Source: Amphiscolops sp. MND2022 (taxonomy: Eukaryota). From it: 64,000 nt of DNA. Every line of letters begins with the position of its first letter. Position 1 is the first letter of the stretch. This document shows, piece by piece, positions 50,450-63,359 of the stretch. The DNA is taken from positions 34,970,001 to 35,034,000 of the forward strand of contig OZ076409.1 in NCBI GenBank assembly GCA_964187785.1, read 5' to 3'. The notes under the pieces are model-generated. The model saw only the letters and a list, made by a program, of their open reading frames with translations. It made no database searches and was not told the origin of the DNA. Both the position numbers and the translations under genes were made by a program.

Positions 50450-53400
50450 TGGCGCAGTCAGCCGAATATTAAAAACAAATTGGAAATCTCTTAACAGAAC
50501 AAAGCTATGACGGAGAAAAACACGGTACCGAACCTAGAAGCAAAGGCTTCGGTTGGAATTGCAATACTTACACCGAGACAATAGTTGGAACGATTCCGGC
50601 AATTCAAAAACGGGAACAAAAATAGATTTTGCACCATTAATAAAAGGAGAAGATATTACCGAATGGTCCGGTAAAGAACAATTCATACAGGAAGATTTCA
50701 TCTGGGGAGTGGGACCCGAAGCACTGTATCAGATAACCCGCGCTGAATTTAAAACGGAACCGGATAGGATCAAGATCAAAGATTTGATTTGGTTATTTAC
50801 CAAGTACTATCTACCAAAACGGAACACATATCACAACCGCGGAGATTTTTTCTGGGCAAAACAAACAAACAGAAGAAGAAGAAACACCCGAAGAATTCTG
50901 GAGAAGACTAATCGAGATCGAAAAAGAATGCAACTTCATTACAATATCAGCCGAAGAACTACTAATATCCAAATACATGACAGCTATCACCGATAAAAAA
51001 CTACGGGACAAAATGATGAAAGAGAAAACGCTGGAATTGAAGAAAACAATCGAGCTAAAAAACAACACAAATGAAAAGAAAAACAAGAAAAACACAATAC
51101 AAGAAGCTCTGATTTCGACAAAAGAAAGACACACAATAAAAGAAGAACCGATACAAAAAATGGAAAAATTCGGGACAAGATCAAAAACCAAAATCACGGG
51201 AAACAGATCATGCAGATATTGCGGAGAACCGAACTGGACAACATTACACAAATGCCCAGCACAAGAAACAAACTGTAACAAATGCGGAAGAAAAGGACAC
51301 TACGCAAAAGTATGCAGACAAAAAACGCCAACAACAGAACAGTGAAGAAACTGATGACCGAGACGAAACATCAAGCAATTCGGAAGAAAGCATACACCAT
51401 ATCAGAGAAATAAAGAAAATCGAAGAAAAGAATAAACACTACCCAGCAACAGTAAAGATAAACGGGAAAAAGAAAGAATTCATAATTGACACCGGATCAC
51501 CAATAACAATAATGCCACCAGATGAAACGATACTAGAACATACCGGGATACAGAAAATCACAAACAGATACCACGACGTAAACAAAAATGAAGTAAAGTT
51601 TCGGGAAAAATTCCGGTAAATGTAGCGTACGAAAACAACAAACAGAAAATGGACATCCTAATAACCGAAAGAACGAACATGACACCATTGTTAGGAATGG
51701 ACTGGATGAAGAAATTCAAACTAACAATCGGAAAGATACAATTGGCCGAAACCAACCAATCGGAATGCGGGAAAGTATTCAACAAATTTACGAACTTGTT
51801 CGAGAATAACGAATAATAAAAGACACCAAAATAAATACCCAACTGAAACCGGGACATTACCCAGTTAAACAAAAAGCCAGACCGGTACCACTCCACCTAC
51901 AAGAAGATGTAGGACGAGAGTTGGAGAAACTAATAAAAACCGGACATCTAGAAAAAATCAACGATGTAGACGAAGACTGTTTTGTTTCACCGGTTTTAAT
52001 CACGGTAAGAAACGATAAATCGGTAAAAATAGCACTGGACTCGCGGAAACTAAATGACAGCTGCATAAAAAAGCGACCACACATGCCGAACATGGATAAA
52101 TTACTAAATCACATTTCGGGTGAAATTTCCCAAGACCGGACACTACAACTGTTCTTATCAAAAATAGATCTAGACTATGCATGCGGTCAGATGAAATTAT
52201 CAGAAGAAACAAGCCGACAATGTGTGTTCGCAATGACCGGGGGAAAATTTGGCGGATTTTACCGATTCAAAAAAGGGTTTTACGGTCTCGCCGATATACC
52301 TACAATATTTCAAGAAAAAATTGACCGAACACTCGAATACAGCACACCAGCCTGGTTAGATGACATAATCACAGTAACGCGGGGAAGCAAACAAGAACAT
52401 GAGAAGAAAATATTCGACATACTGAATAAATTGGAAAAAACCGGGTACCGAGCAAGCAAAAAAAATCCGAATTTTTTATGAATCGGATAAAATGGTTGGG
52501 CCATGAAATTGACGAAAGCGGAATAAAACCGAAAGAGGAAAAAGTGGAGGCTATTCTAAAATTAGAACCACCGAAAAACAAGAAAGAACTAAAATCGTTC
52601 CTCGGAGCAATCCAATGTATGGCAAAAATCTTACCGAAACTTTCAGAAAGAACTGACACACTTCGGAAATTACTAAAGAAAAGTGAGACAATGGAAATGG
52701 GAAACCGAACAAGAAGAAGACTTCGGAAAAATAAAACAGATGCTAACCGAAGGCCCATGTCTTGCACATTACGCAAAAGATAAAGAAAACATAGTCACGA
52801 CGGATGCAAGTACAACCGGACTCGGAATTACACTATGGCAAAAACAAGATGACGATAACACTAAACGGATAGCTTACGGCAGCCGGTATTCAAACAACAC
52901 CGAAAAGAAATATTCCATTGGTGAATTGGAATTATTGGCGGTGGTATGGCGACTAGAAAAATTTCGATTTTACCTAGACGGAAACAGAGTTCATCTCTAT
53001 ACCGACCACCAAGCGTTAGAACCATTAATTAAAAGAAACCGAAGTAACAAACAATACAGCGCGAGACTAACAAGATGGTTAGACCGACTAACGCATTTTG
53101 ATATAGCAATAAAACACATCGCAGGCAGTAATTCGAAGTTCGCCGACTATCTCAGCAGAAATCCGGTAGGGGGAGCCATGCCGGAAGAAAATTACGATGA
53201 AGAATACGTAATCAACATACTCGCCGAACAAGCAAACTTAAATTTGAAATACGGACCACTATTCGCGGACCAATCAAATCACAGCAAAACTATAACCGAA
53301 AGAAAGAAGAACGATTCCGAGATACACACTGAGCGCAAAATAAACCAATCACAAACGAATGAAATATCCGAGAACGGAAAACACGTGAACGGAACCCAAC

Positions 53401-55795
53401 AAAATAAAATAACAACATCCGGGCAGTCCGAAATTAGCACTTCAAAATTCAGCAAGCCATCTGTTAAAACAGAAAACGATAAAATGGACAGAGAAAACTT
53501 TCACCATTGGGGAGCCACTAGAGAGATTATGGATATAATCAGGAGGAGAAACAACAGCCCCGAAACACGGAGACTAGTGAAACAGCGAAACAATTTATCA
53601 AGACCAGGAACGTTGAGACGCCGGTATGACCACCAGACACAAAGAACGATATTCGCACCCTCCCGACCAAACAAACGGAGTTGGGAAGAAATAGCCGAAA
53701 TCGACGCCGAACTTATCCGGAGAGCAAACAGAATCGGGGGTGGTTATCAACCAATAGAAATCGAAGAAGAACAGGAAAACCCGGAAGAATTACGGGAGGA
53801 AGGAGAAGCAGCCGAAACGGGAGAAGATAGCGTGATCATGCGGGGCGATAATCTAACGATCGTGGACATATCGAAATACAACACCGATGGAAAATAGGCG
53901 AAATACATTCAGACAAACCATATTGTCGGAAAACTCACAACGAACAAAAAAGCTACCGAAGATCACATCAAGAAAGCAGAACTCGAATTCATGATGGATC
54001 TAAAAACATTGATCTCAAAAACGGCAATCGACCCCGAACTGACCCGAGTACGCAACAGCATGCGCCGAGAAGACAGGGAGACAATTTCGGAAGGATACCG
54101 GACAGCATTCGACAAACTGTCAATCAGGTGGGGCCTCATACTTGTCGATGACCAAATCGTCGTTCCAATAGACCTCAGAAGACGATTACTTGATATACTG
54201 CTTTTCGGTCACTCCGGTACAACCAAAATGATTTCAGATGCGAAGATATTCTAGTGGCCGGGAATGAAACAAGACATCGAGAAGAGAGTCAAGGACTGCA
54301 CCGCATGTCTGGCATCAGGTAAAAACCTCAAATACCATTTACCGAAAAAACATTACGGAGAAATAGAAAAATTATCCGAACCCGGTCAAGAAATACAAAT
54401 CGATTTCACCGGAAAAATACATAACAAAAATTTACACTGTGAAATACAAATACTAATAGCGGAAACAGATTTAGTAAATGGCCAACCGTAAAAGTTTGCA
54501 AAACATCGAAGCGAAAGAAGTAATTAACTTCTTAACGAGTAATTTCAACTTATACAGAATCCCCAAAAAAATCAAATCCGATAGAGGCGGAGCCTTTATC
54601 TCGAAAGAATATAAACAATTTTGCAAAGACCGCAAAATAGAAATAGAATATTGCACACCTAGAATACATACCGGAAACGGAGTAGTAGAAAGATCAATAC
54701 AAACCCTGAAAAATCTAATAATAGCGAATCTAGAAGACGGAAAGAATTTAACCGAAAGTATAAATCGAGCACTACGGGTAATGCGTTTTACAATACATAG
54801 GGGACTGAAAATTAAACCGTTTGAATTACATCACGGTAGAAAATTACATACGTTTGAATTATTACATCACATCATTTCAGCACCGAGCAGACCAAAAATA
54901 CCAATTTATATGGGCCGAGATTCGGATGGAGAAATAACGAACCACATCATAATGGCAAGAAACAAAACGGAAGAGAGACAGCTGAATGAAGGACCAAAGT
55001 CACCGAAAAAGAAAAATTCTGTTAGATATCCATTTTACTTTGTTGAAAAGAACTATAACAAAAAATGACTAGAAGGAAGGTTCCAAAAGAAAGTACAAAA
55101 AGCAATAAAAGGAACCGAAAGTACCGTGAAAACGGACACCGGAAAAATAATAAATCGGAAACTAATTTCCGGCCCATTATTTCAGATTGAACGAAGAGCG
55201 AAAAAGGAACCGACAATCAACGCAAGCCGCGAAATCAATCCAAAGCACCAACATTGTCTACGGGGTCTGGACGGAAAGTACGGACGCTGGGACGAAATAC
55301 TCCGTGACATTTTAAACGGAAAACTCAAGATCGTTCAGAACCGGAAAACGACCGACACCGAGACCGAAGACGACGATGATGATGATGATGATGAAGCACC
55401 GGAGGAAATTGGAACACCGAAAACATACGATACTTTCGAACGCGGTGGAAAGTACATACCAATCCGAACAAATCCGGAAGAAGATGCTCTACAAATCCAT
55501 ACCGACGGTGAGATATCTGGTGAGAATTTTGAGAACCAAATAAGACGGTCAAATCGTAACAGCAAAAAAAACGAACAGATACGGTACTGTACCATACATT
55601 GGAAACTTTTGGGGATAATAAAATTTTAAATAAACATGTATTGTTTATATTACAGGAAACCTTTGGACCAGAGTAAAAGGAACTCCGCAGTTTGAAGAAA
55701 TACAGAAGCCCTCAGACTTCTTACCCGGGGACGAGACGCCACCCGGACCTTCTCAACGAAACTAGAGCCAAAGACAGCGGAGAGAGAGGAGGAAA

Positions 55796-56030
55796 TGCCA
55801 TATTCGGTTCATTCCGGTTTGACCTCTACCGAGTTTCGGTTCAAAGAACTTCACACTCTATTATGTGTCTAGCCTACCATGTTTATTTACATACAAAACT
55901 TTTGCTATATACATAATTAGATTTACCATTATATACATTTTGGTACTCGAGATATAGTTGGGACTATTTATATAGAAACTATCTTAACCCTCTCTTTTAA
56001 ACTAGAAACTTAGTTGTTGAGAATAGAACA
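55796..56030 (+). repeat. 3' LTR (235 bp)
   Basis: TGCCATATTCGG...GAATAGAACA, preceded by the PPT and followed by the TSD. Confidence 0.95.
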
Positions 56031-57934
56031 GTGGTATGTCCAAATTATTAGCTATTCTACCGCAACTGCGCATCTTGTTGAACGAGTTCAGACCTCGGGC
56101 AGTTATTGAAACCAAACAGACCAAGTAAGTCAATTTCAAACACTGAGAGTGGAAATCGTCTTCTGAAATCGGTCTTTTCGGGTTTCACTGCAATTTTTGA
56201 AGAAAAAAAAAGATATTCAAAAAAGATAAATCACTTCCATTCAAGTTTTTGGCATGAAATCAATCAATGAACTATCCTGGAGTAAATTTCAACTTCCAAG
56301 CAACTTTCTCAAAATGGTATACTTTCGAAGTCAAAGCATCCAAATCTTGAACATTAAGCTTTGTTACTTGAACAAAGAAACTATAAGGAAACGGTAGTGC
56401 CGCTAATATTTGAATACTGATGAAGCTAGTAGACGCTCGCTTTATGTCGCTAACCGTCTCCCCAGCTGCTAAGAGAGTAGATGAGATACAAAAGACTCGA
56501 AAAAGATACATAGTGCCAAAAATGGAAAAGAAACGAACCCATTAAGCTTTTTAGGAACCTAAAGCCATTCCATCAAATAAAAAAAAATCAAAAAGATTGA
56601 ATGTGGAACAACACTCTTACCACCAACCGTTTGTAAAACTGCAATTTAATAGATGCAATTTTATAATTTCGACGGGACTGAAAAAAGATTTGACATCGGT
56701 TTTGTTCATATTCGGACTGTCTAGACGCGATACTTCCATTTGAGGCCAGATTTAAAAATGACCGAAAAGAACTAATTTGTGCTAAACTTCATCAGTATTT
56801 CCGCTTAAAACATGGTACAACTTGCTGCTGAAAACAAGGTACAATTTGCGACTGAAAACATACGAGTCATCACGAACTCCTTTTGAGTCACCGGCCTCAG
56901 TACCGTTCACAAAAACTAAAGTTGGCGAACACCAGACAGACGTAACTTTGCCAAAGAGACAAGAATTTGAATCACATGCAATATAAAATCAATTTTAAAA
57001 GCCACTGCAAATCCCTGTTAAGAGAAAGTTCGTCACTGTAAGATTATTAAGTTCAAACCTTTTAAGGCTAAACTGACGGCAAAGTACCTCCCAGTCTATT
57101 TTAGTTCTAAATACGGCTTGTACATTTGTGTTCATTCATTATACGTTGAGATTAGAGACACGATAGATCACTTTCTTTCAAGTCCATAATTCTTTACTGT
57201 AACCTGAATAACAAAAATACATCAATCCTCAATGATTTAGGTTGAAAGCACATGATTTTTCCATAAACCAAAGTTTATGTACAATGATAATGCAAATAAT
57301 TTTAACAATGTCAGCTCTCTTCCCCTATCGGTTTTGATTCATTCACGTAGCTATCATCATTTTGTTTAAAATCATTTTTGCTTCGGGTTGGCAGAAGCAG
57401 TTATATAAACAATCTTTCACCAGCAGTTTGAAATGAGTTTTCCTGCAAACTGTTTTCTCCTTGACTTCCGATGTTCCACGGCGTTTGCGGCTGTCCGTGA
57501 AAAAAGGGTTGAGGCTAGGTACAGCTCCAGGACCTACTTTCACCATTAATTAATGGATTCTACGAGCGCTTTCGTGTTGATGCAGTTGAACTAAAAATTA
57601 TTTTCCTGAAATTTATTTATTTTGTTCTAGAGTCAGATAAACTAAAATATAAATTTTTGATCAAGGAAAATTCATGATAATTGTTAGGAAAGTAGTTAGA
57701 TTTGAATAAGGCGCCGCTCTCTAGAGCGCCGGAAAATTGCTACCTAATCAATGCGTCGAAAACGTTGACTTTGTTTTGTAGCATCAAGGCAAAAAATCAT
57801 TGGTTAATTAATGCTCACAAGAACTATATTTCAGGAGCAAAGAACAAATGCAGGAGCAAAGTGATAACCTACTACTAGACCAGCAGATAGTTTTTACTGA
57901 GGCAGACCTGGAGATGCCCGAAGTGTAACTTAAG

Positions 57935-58647
57935 AACAAGCCGAGAACGGCCAAAGTCGGCGCTATATCTAAGGCTCAAAATTGTAAAAGGGGGGACTCT
58001 TTGGGTTTTGTGAAACTCCAGCTGGTGGCAAAATATGAAAATGAATTGAACAGTGTCACAGTGTCGAAAAATGTAAAAGGGGGGACCCTTTGGGGTTTGT
58101 GAAACTCCAGGTGGTTGCAAAATATGAAAAAAATTGAAGGGGGGACCCTTTAAGGACTGAAAAAAATTGCCCAAAAAAATTTCAAAATGTGATTTTTGAA
58201 CAGTTTTGAACAGTGTCACAGTGCCGAAAAATGTAAAAGGGGGGACCCTTTGGAATTTTCTGACATCCATTGTGTTTTAAAATATCGAAACAAATAAAGG
58301 GGGGACCCTTTGGTGCAATCCAAAAAGTTTCAAAAAAAGTCGCATAGTGCCGAAAAAAAGTGAGGGGGGGAGGCTTAGGGGAGATCGTTAGTGTGTTGTC
58401 GAGGTTCTGTTTGTTTTGTTTTCTTTTTCGTTTTGGACGCGCTTCTTAGGTTCGCCAAGTTGTTGAAGAAATGAACTGAACAAAGAACTAAAAGAAAAAA
58501 CACAGAAAGAAAAGTGGAACTTTCGTGTCTAAAAAAAACTACCCACTGTAATAGTCGGGCACATTTTCTACTAAAATGCGCCGACTAAAAAAAACTACCC
58601 ACTGTAATAGTCGGGCACATTTTCTACTAAAATGCGCCGACTAAAAA
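57935..58647 (-). mobile_element. DINE-1/HINE-like non-autonomous element with duplicated terminus
   Basis: Reverse-complement relative of 24999-25544: subterminal AGTCGGCGC/GCGCCGACT, terminal stem-loop, internal AAAAGGGGGGACCCTTT repeats, and a 56-bp tandem duplication at 58529-58647. Confidence 0.65.
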
Positions 58648-60153
58648 CAGCTGAGTCATTAACAATCATTTCTGAATGACTCTAGAGTGACAGTTTTCAA
58701 GACCAGCGAACTGATATATTTCTGTAAGCATTTCAAATTCATAATTGACAATTCATATGCTACTTGGCCCACAGGTTAACGCGAGTATCTTTCAATGAAT
58801 TTTACTGCATGTACAGGTTCTAATCTTTTATGTTTTCGGCTGGGAAAACTTCTTGCGAGCTTAAAACTCCTTTTTCGGCACTATGAGACTTAAGGGGGAA
58901 ATGGTCTTATGGGTTTTCGGCACTGTAAAATTGATGGAAATTTTCACAATGGTGTCCCTTTTGTAGATTTGAAAACTTTGCTCTTTTTGTTTAAAAAACC
59001 TTGAGCTGGCTTTTGGGCCGTTCCCGGCCTGTTACTCTTAATTACACCATTATGTTGACAAGAAAAGAAATGTAGACAATATTAAATTCGAATTCAATTT
59101 TTACATATAATTTCTGTAGCGAGATTCGATAATTAATTAAATTGAAATTGCACTGCGATTAATTCAAAGATATAAATAAGTAGCAATTACTGTAACTTTT
59201 CAGACGGTACTAATTTTTACAAACATTTTGATAAATCATTGACAGTAACTACAAGTCACCAACATTCCAAAATTATCAATTAAAATGGACGTGGAACAAC
59301 AATAGCTTGATGAACTGCACTCAAAGGCTTTGGCTGAACCCTCAAGGTTCTCAAATTTCTATGAAACATGCCATTTATATTTATTTACAAATAATATTTA
59401 TTCAAATATTCTCAAACAAAACTTTTCATCAAATACGAAGCTGTCTTTTCAAGATACAAAGCACTTTTCGGGAAGTTTATAAATAACCATCACCATGGAG
59501 TAATTTGAACTTCGCAAAAAATTGAACTTTCTTAGAGACAACAAACAATTTCGAAACTAATCGTTTCACTAGACATGCATTTAGGATTTTTTGATGTTAT
59601 CGTATCACAGTTTAGACTATGATATTATACATTTGACGACCCAATTTCTGTAATAACACGAAGAACCAAAAATGAATGTCTCGAAACAGTCCAACGGTAG
59701 GTTTTGAAGTCCAGCGAAACACTGTCAGCCACGACAAAATGCAATTCATTAACTAACGTTAAGTGAAACCAATTACCATCTTAAGTATTCATGTCTTATA
59801 TCAACCGGTACGAAGTAACTCCATGCGTTGACGAAAGTATGAGAAATGTGCACACAGAAAGGATGAAAATGTACACAATAGAAGATTCGTATAAAAAATA
59901 GATAGAAAATGCAAAATGAGAGTAAAACTAAGTAAGTGGACGTTAGCACAGCTAAAACGTACAAACCAGCGGATAAACAAAGTTGAGTGTCTCAAACGTT
60001 GTGATGCGAGTCTGATCAGTTCCGTTTTTCAGTTTTCCATGATGAATGTGACTTTGAAAGTGATTGCACAAGAGTATGATGAATTAACAAGAATTGAAAC
60101 ACGTATGTAGGGGACAAGTATCCAAAGTCCAATGTGACATCGCTCAAACGTGG

Positions 60154-60223
60154 TTAACTTTTGGGTTCAAGGCGATGAGACAATTGGGTCAGAAGTCGCT
60201 GGTTATCGATCACTTTCAAGTTT
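60154..60223 (-). CDS. RAPGEF4: Epac terminal coding exon
   Basis: [22 protein letters not shown]. Confidence 0.9.
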
Positions 60224-63200
60224 CTGAACAACAAGTATTAACATAAAAGCTAAAAAATAGTGTGGAAAAATTTCCATTTTAAAATCAAGACCGGGTTTCA
60301 AAATGTGGCTGTCAATCATTACTTCCACTCGCTGAATCGTCACTGGGAAAGACAGTGTAAGCAACGTCCAGTGATTCAAGAAGACGCATATTCGATCTTT
60401 CAGTCCTAGCCGCTCCAAACTAGTCATTAGGTATTAATTTTTGAGGTCACTAATTGACAGTCTATTCTCATGATCAATATTTTCTTGAAATAACTAATAT
60501 GATAGAAAACCTTCGCTTTTAAGCTAAAATCGTAAAAATGTTACTTTGTTGGCATAGTGAACAAGTAATGGTGCGGAAAACGGGTTTTGTCGACCGTTCT
60601 ACGGTACCCCGTGGTTAACACAAGAATATTAGCAACGGCTTTGCACGACATAAGTAGAAAAGGCTTCGAACATAATCAACATCCTGCAATAAGAGAAATT
60701 TAAGGTAGCACAATATAAAGCTATTACCTGACGTAAGATCTAATTTCTTGGATGTTTCTTGAAGTTCCCGGCGGCTCGAAATCTGAAACGGAATCGGAAT
60801 CGCCACTGATGCATTGGAAACAAGATAACTTTCAATTTGATTCGCATATTCAAATCCCACGCAAAATCGAAGTGTCACAATTCAACTGCGAATATTAAAA
60901 ACTTGGGTTTAAATTGCATAGAAGAGATCAAAACTTACTGAAAGCTTCACTTCGGCAGTGCTGCATGTGACGGATGGTACTTGCAATCATGTGCTGAAAA
61001 ACAGTAAAACAAATGACACATTTTTCAAAAGAATGGCACATTTTGTAAACTTCAGCGAAGTGTAACAACCAAAACTTCGCAATCACGTAAAAAAGGTGAA
61101 TGAAGCTGCTCATTAGGGTTTTCAGCTTGCTAGAATTAAAACAGCTGAATAAAGCAGAGGGCTAACCATTTTCTCGAAGTTGACCAGTCCGTCAAAATAA
61201 GTTCTGTTTCCTTCATGAGTGAACAGCATATCTAAAGAACAATTAGGTGAAAATTTTTTAATAACCAATTATAACATCAATTTTCAATAGTCATTCCCCA
61301 TTTATACTCCTAAGAATTTCAATGAAATATGAAGAGAATATAGGCATATTCAAATCAAGGTGTAAATTGGCGTAATAGTCGAATGAAAACAAGAAATTAA
61401 TGGTGCAACTTGCTCTATGTTCTCACCTTTCATAAGCAAAGGAAGAAAAGGAATGATGGGCGGGTTCATCTTTCCAATAGCCAGTCTGTAGAGGCGATGA
61501 TTGCGACATGGGTCCAACATGTTCTCGAACTCGTGACTCATCTTGCGCAATTTCATGGGCAACTTCTCCCATGTCTCTCTCAGACGACTCACGGCCACGT
61601 TATTGAGACCCATAACCACTGCGTAGAAGGTATCCAAGTTTTGATACTCTTTGCAACTGAAGTGCACAAAGTCAATTGTTATGCATTAATAACCAAACAG
61701 AGTCGAAATCCATCAAATCAGGCACTGCTAACTGCAATTGATCAGATCGAAATCGATTAGGTAGGTGCTAAGCTTCATGCCGCAAAAACCACTTTTCTTT
61801 TTTTTGTTCAAAGAAACGAAATTTTAGTCTTTGAACTAGATTTATTTAAAAAAGCTGAAGTTTTTTAAATAGGCTGATAGTGAAAAGGCGTCATCTTTGA
61901 AATACTTACTATTGAGCAACTTTGATGAATTTTCTCAGAATAGCGATACGCTTTGTGAGGTTTTGGCAGAGAACTAATTCGCTGATCACCCAATATTGCA
62001 CCTCGTGGAATCTGCGCAGGAAAATGTCCAAATTGGCAGTGATCTTTCCAAAGTTGTGTCGTCCGAAAGTGTGGTAGATGAATTCGTACTGGAACATAAA
62101 ACCCACAACCAATTTCACAAAAAAACAGCCCAAAATTGGCAAACGATACTATTCTATCTTCTCTGATGTTTCGTACAAACCTGGTGAAACTATATTGAAT
62201 TTAAAATAACATCATACACTTTACGTATGCACAACTAATTTGTACGATGAAAAAAAGCCCGGAAATGGGAGGAAGCCATCATTTACGGGTTATCGTATCA
62301 TCATAAAAATTTCAAGTTCGACTGCAGTCAGAGGACTTCTAATGATATGATATGTTCACTTCCAGTGGAGTAATCATCCCAATAAAATAAAATATCATTA
62401 TGAGTACTTGGCACCTACAACTGCCGAAGCAACGAAAGGACTTGAGAGAACTGACCTCGTGTATGCAGCTGAATAGTTCATACTCGAGGATTGTGAGTTG
62501 GTAGGCGATCTCCTTGCTACTCATCAACTCCAGTTGGTGGCTCGTGCCGCATTGGGGGCCCTCCTGGTCAGGCAGGGGACACAACTTGTCCACGTGGTCA
62601 CGAGATGCTACGAACAGTCGTCCATTAATGGACAGAGCTGACGTCACCGAAACGTCATTCTTCTTGAATGGGATCCTCTCTGAAACAATTAAACATAGCA
62701 AACAATATTTCAGAGACAAAGTACAAAAACTAAACTTAGCTGTGCAAAATGAAAAAAAACTATACGGCATTTCAATTCGTTTTTTATTCGAATTCACACT
62801 CAACGACGAGATTAAAAGAAATCTTGTTTTCTTCCCTAGCAGAAGATTAAGTAGCCAGCAGGTGATAAAAGTTCTTAGCAAAAGAGGTATCTTGCCACAG
62901 GCGACAAGTTGTGAGATCGGAATCATCAGACAGCATTTTAACCTCCAGTGGACTTGACCTCGTAGAGCAGCATGTCGTCTTCTAGACAGAGTTTGCTGGC
63001 AGCCTGAGTAGCGATCACCTCCGCCTTGGTGTCCATAGGAAGCCTCAACGTCGTGTAAGTGTGGTCGAAACAATACACTTTGAAGATATCTAGACAAACA
63101 TCAATCCCCGTCATTCAAAGTCCTTTTCACTAGTCATAAGTGTGACTCTCATAGCCACAACTATCGATAGATTCAAACTAACTTTCATCCGGTCCTCTGA

Positions 63201-63264
63201 TGGATTTGCGTTTCTCAGGATGATGTTCTTCACTGCGCCGCCCCTGAGACATGACATAATTGCG
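60154..63264 (-). CDS. RAPGEF4: Epac / Rap guanine nucleotide exchange factor 4-like, 3' nine exons (RA-like and CDC25/RasGEF domains): 63264-63183, 63089-62943, 62679-62456, 62088-61909, 61656-61427, 61231-61167, 60993-60939, 60782-60728, 60223-60154
   Basis: Spliced translation [20 protein letters not shown]...NGRLFV..LPDQEGP...[16 protein letters not shown]...KFIKVA..CKEYQNL...DPCRNHR.YR...[21 protein letters not shown]...LVNFEKM...[28 protein letters not shown] matches Epac2. All introns are GT-AG and in phase. The 5' exons lie outside the window. Confidence 0.93.
60728..60782 (-). CDS. RAPGEF4: Epac exon
   Basis: [19 protein letters not shown]. Confidence 0.82.
60939..60993 (-). CDS. 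RAPGEF4: Epac exon
   Basis: [18 protein letters not shown]. Confidence 0.88.
61167..61231 (-). CDS. RAPGEF4: Epac exon
   Basis: [22 protein letters not shown]. Confidence 0.9.
61427..61656 (-). CDS. RAPGEF4: Epac exon (RasGEF)
   Basis: CKEYQNL...[12 protein letters not shown]. Confidence 0.92.
61909..62088 (-). CDS. RAPGEF4: Epac exon (RasGEF)
   Basis: [11 protein letters not shown]...KFIKVAQ. Confidence 0.92.
   Translation of the reverse strand, partial: YEFIYHTFGRHNFGKITANLDIFLRRFHEVQYWVISELVLCQNLTKRIAILRKFIKVAQ
62456..62679 (-). CDS. RAPGEF4: Epac exon
   Basis: [11 protein letters not shown]...NGRLF...[14 protein letters not shown]...CIHE. Confidence 0.92.
62943..63089 (-). CDS. RAPGEF4: Epac exon (RA domain)
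   Basis: [15 protein letters not shown]...EVKSTG. Confidence 0.9.
63183..63264 (-). CDS. RAPGEF4: Epac exon (RKSIRGPDE)
   Basis: TTTCAG| ... |GTTAGT, in phase with the next exon. Confidence 0.8.
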
Positions 63265-63359
63265 CTGAAATACGTTAAATTGTAAGTAAACAGGCTACTT
63301 TTCTCTGGAGTTCTATTAGCTTAGGGGAGGGGTCCCGCGTAGCTTCCCAACGTTGACAC

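Larger units (their letters stand above)
49991..56030 (+). mobile_element. Full-length, decayed Gypsy/Ty3 LTR retrotransposon with 5-bp TSD
   Basis: LTRs 49991-50449 and 55796-56030; TSD GTGGT at 49986-49990 and 56031-56035; PBS TGGCGCAGTC (tRNA-Ser-like); PPT GGAGAGAGAGGAGGAAA. Domains: gag CCHC, protease FIIDTGS, RT WLDD, RNase H TDAS/ELELLAV/TDHQAL, integrase IKSDRGGAF. Many frameshifts and stops. Confidence 0.97.

Noticed and set aside
50155..50450. ORFs with IY repeats
   Set aside because: Artefacts of the (TA)n tract and the N gap.
51349..51375. CTGATGA-CCGAGAC-GAAAC as a minimal hammerhead
   Set aside because: The stem II closing pair is C-C, and it lies in Gypsy coding sequence.
56272..56511. 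79-aa ORF with a signal-peptide-like start
   Set aside because: No recognisable motif and no linked exons could be supported.
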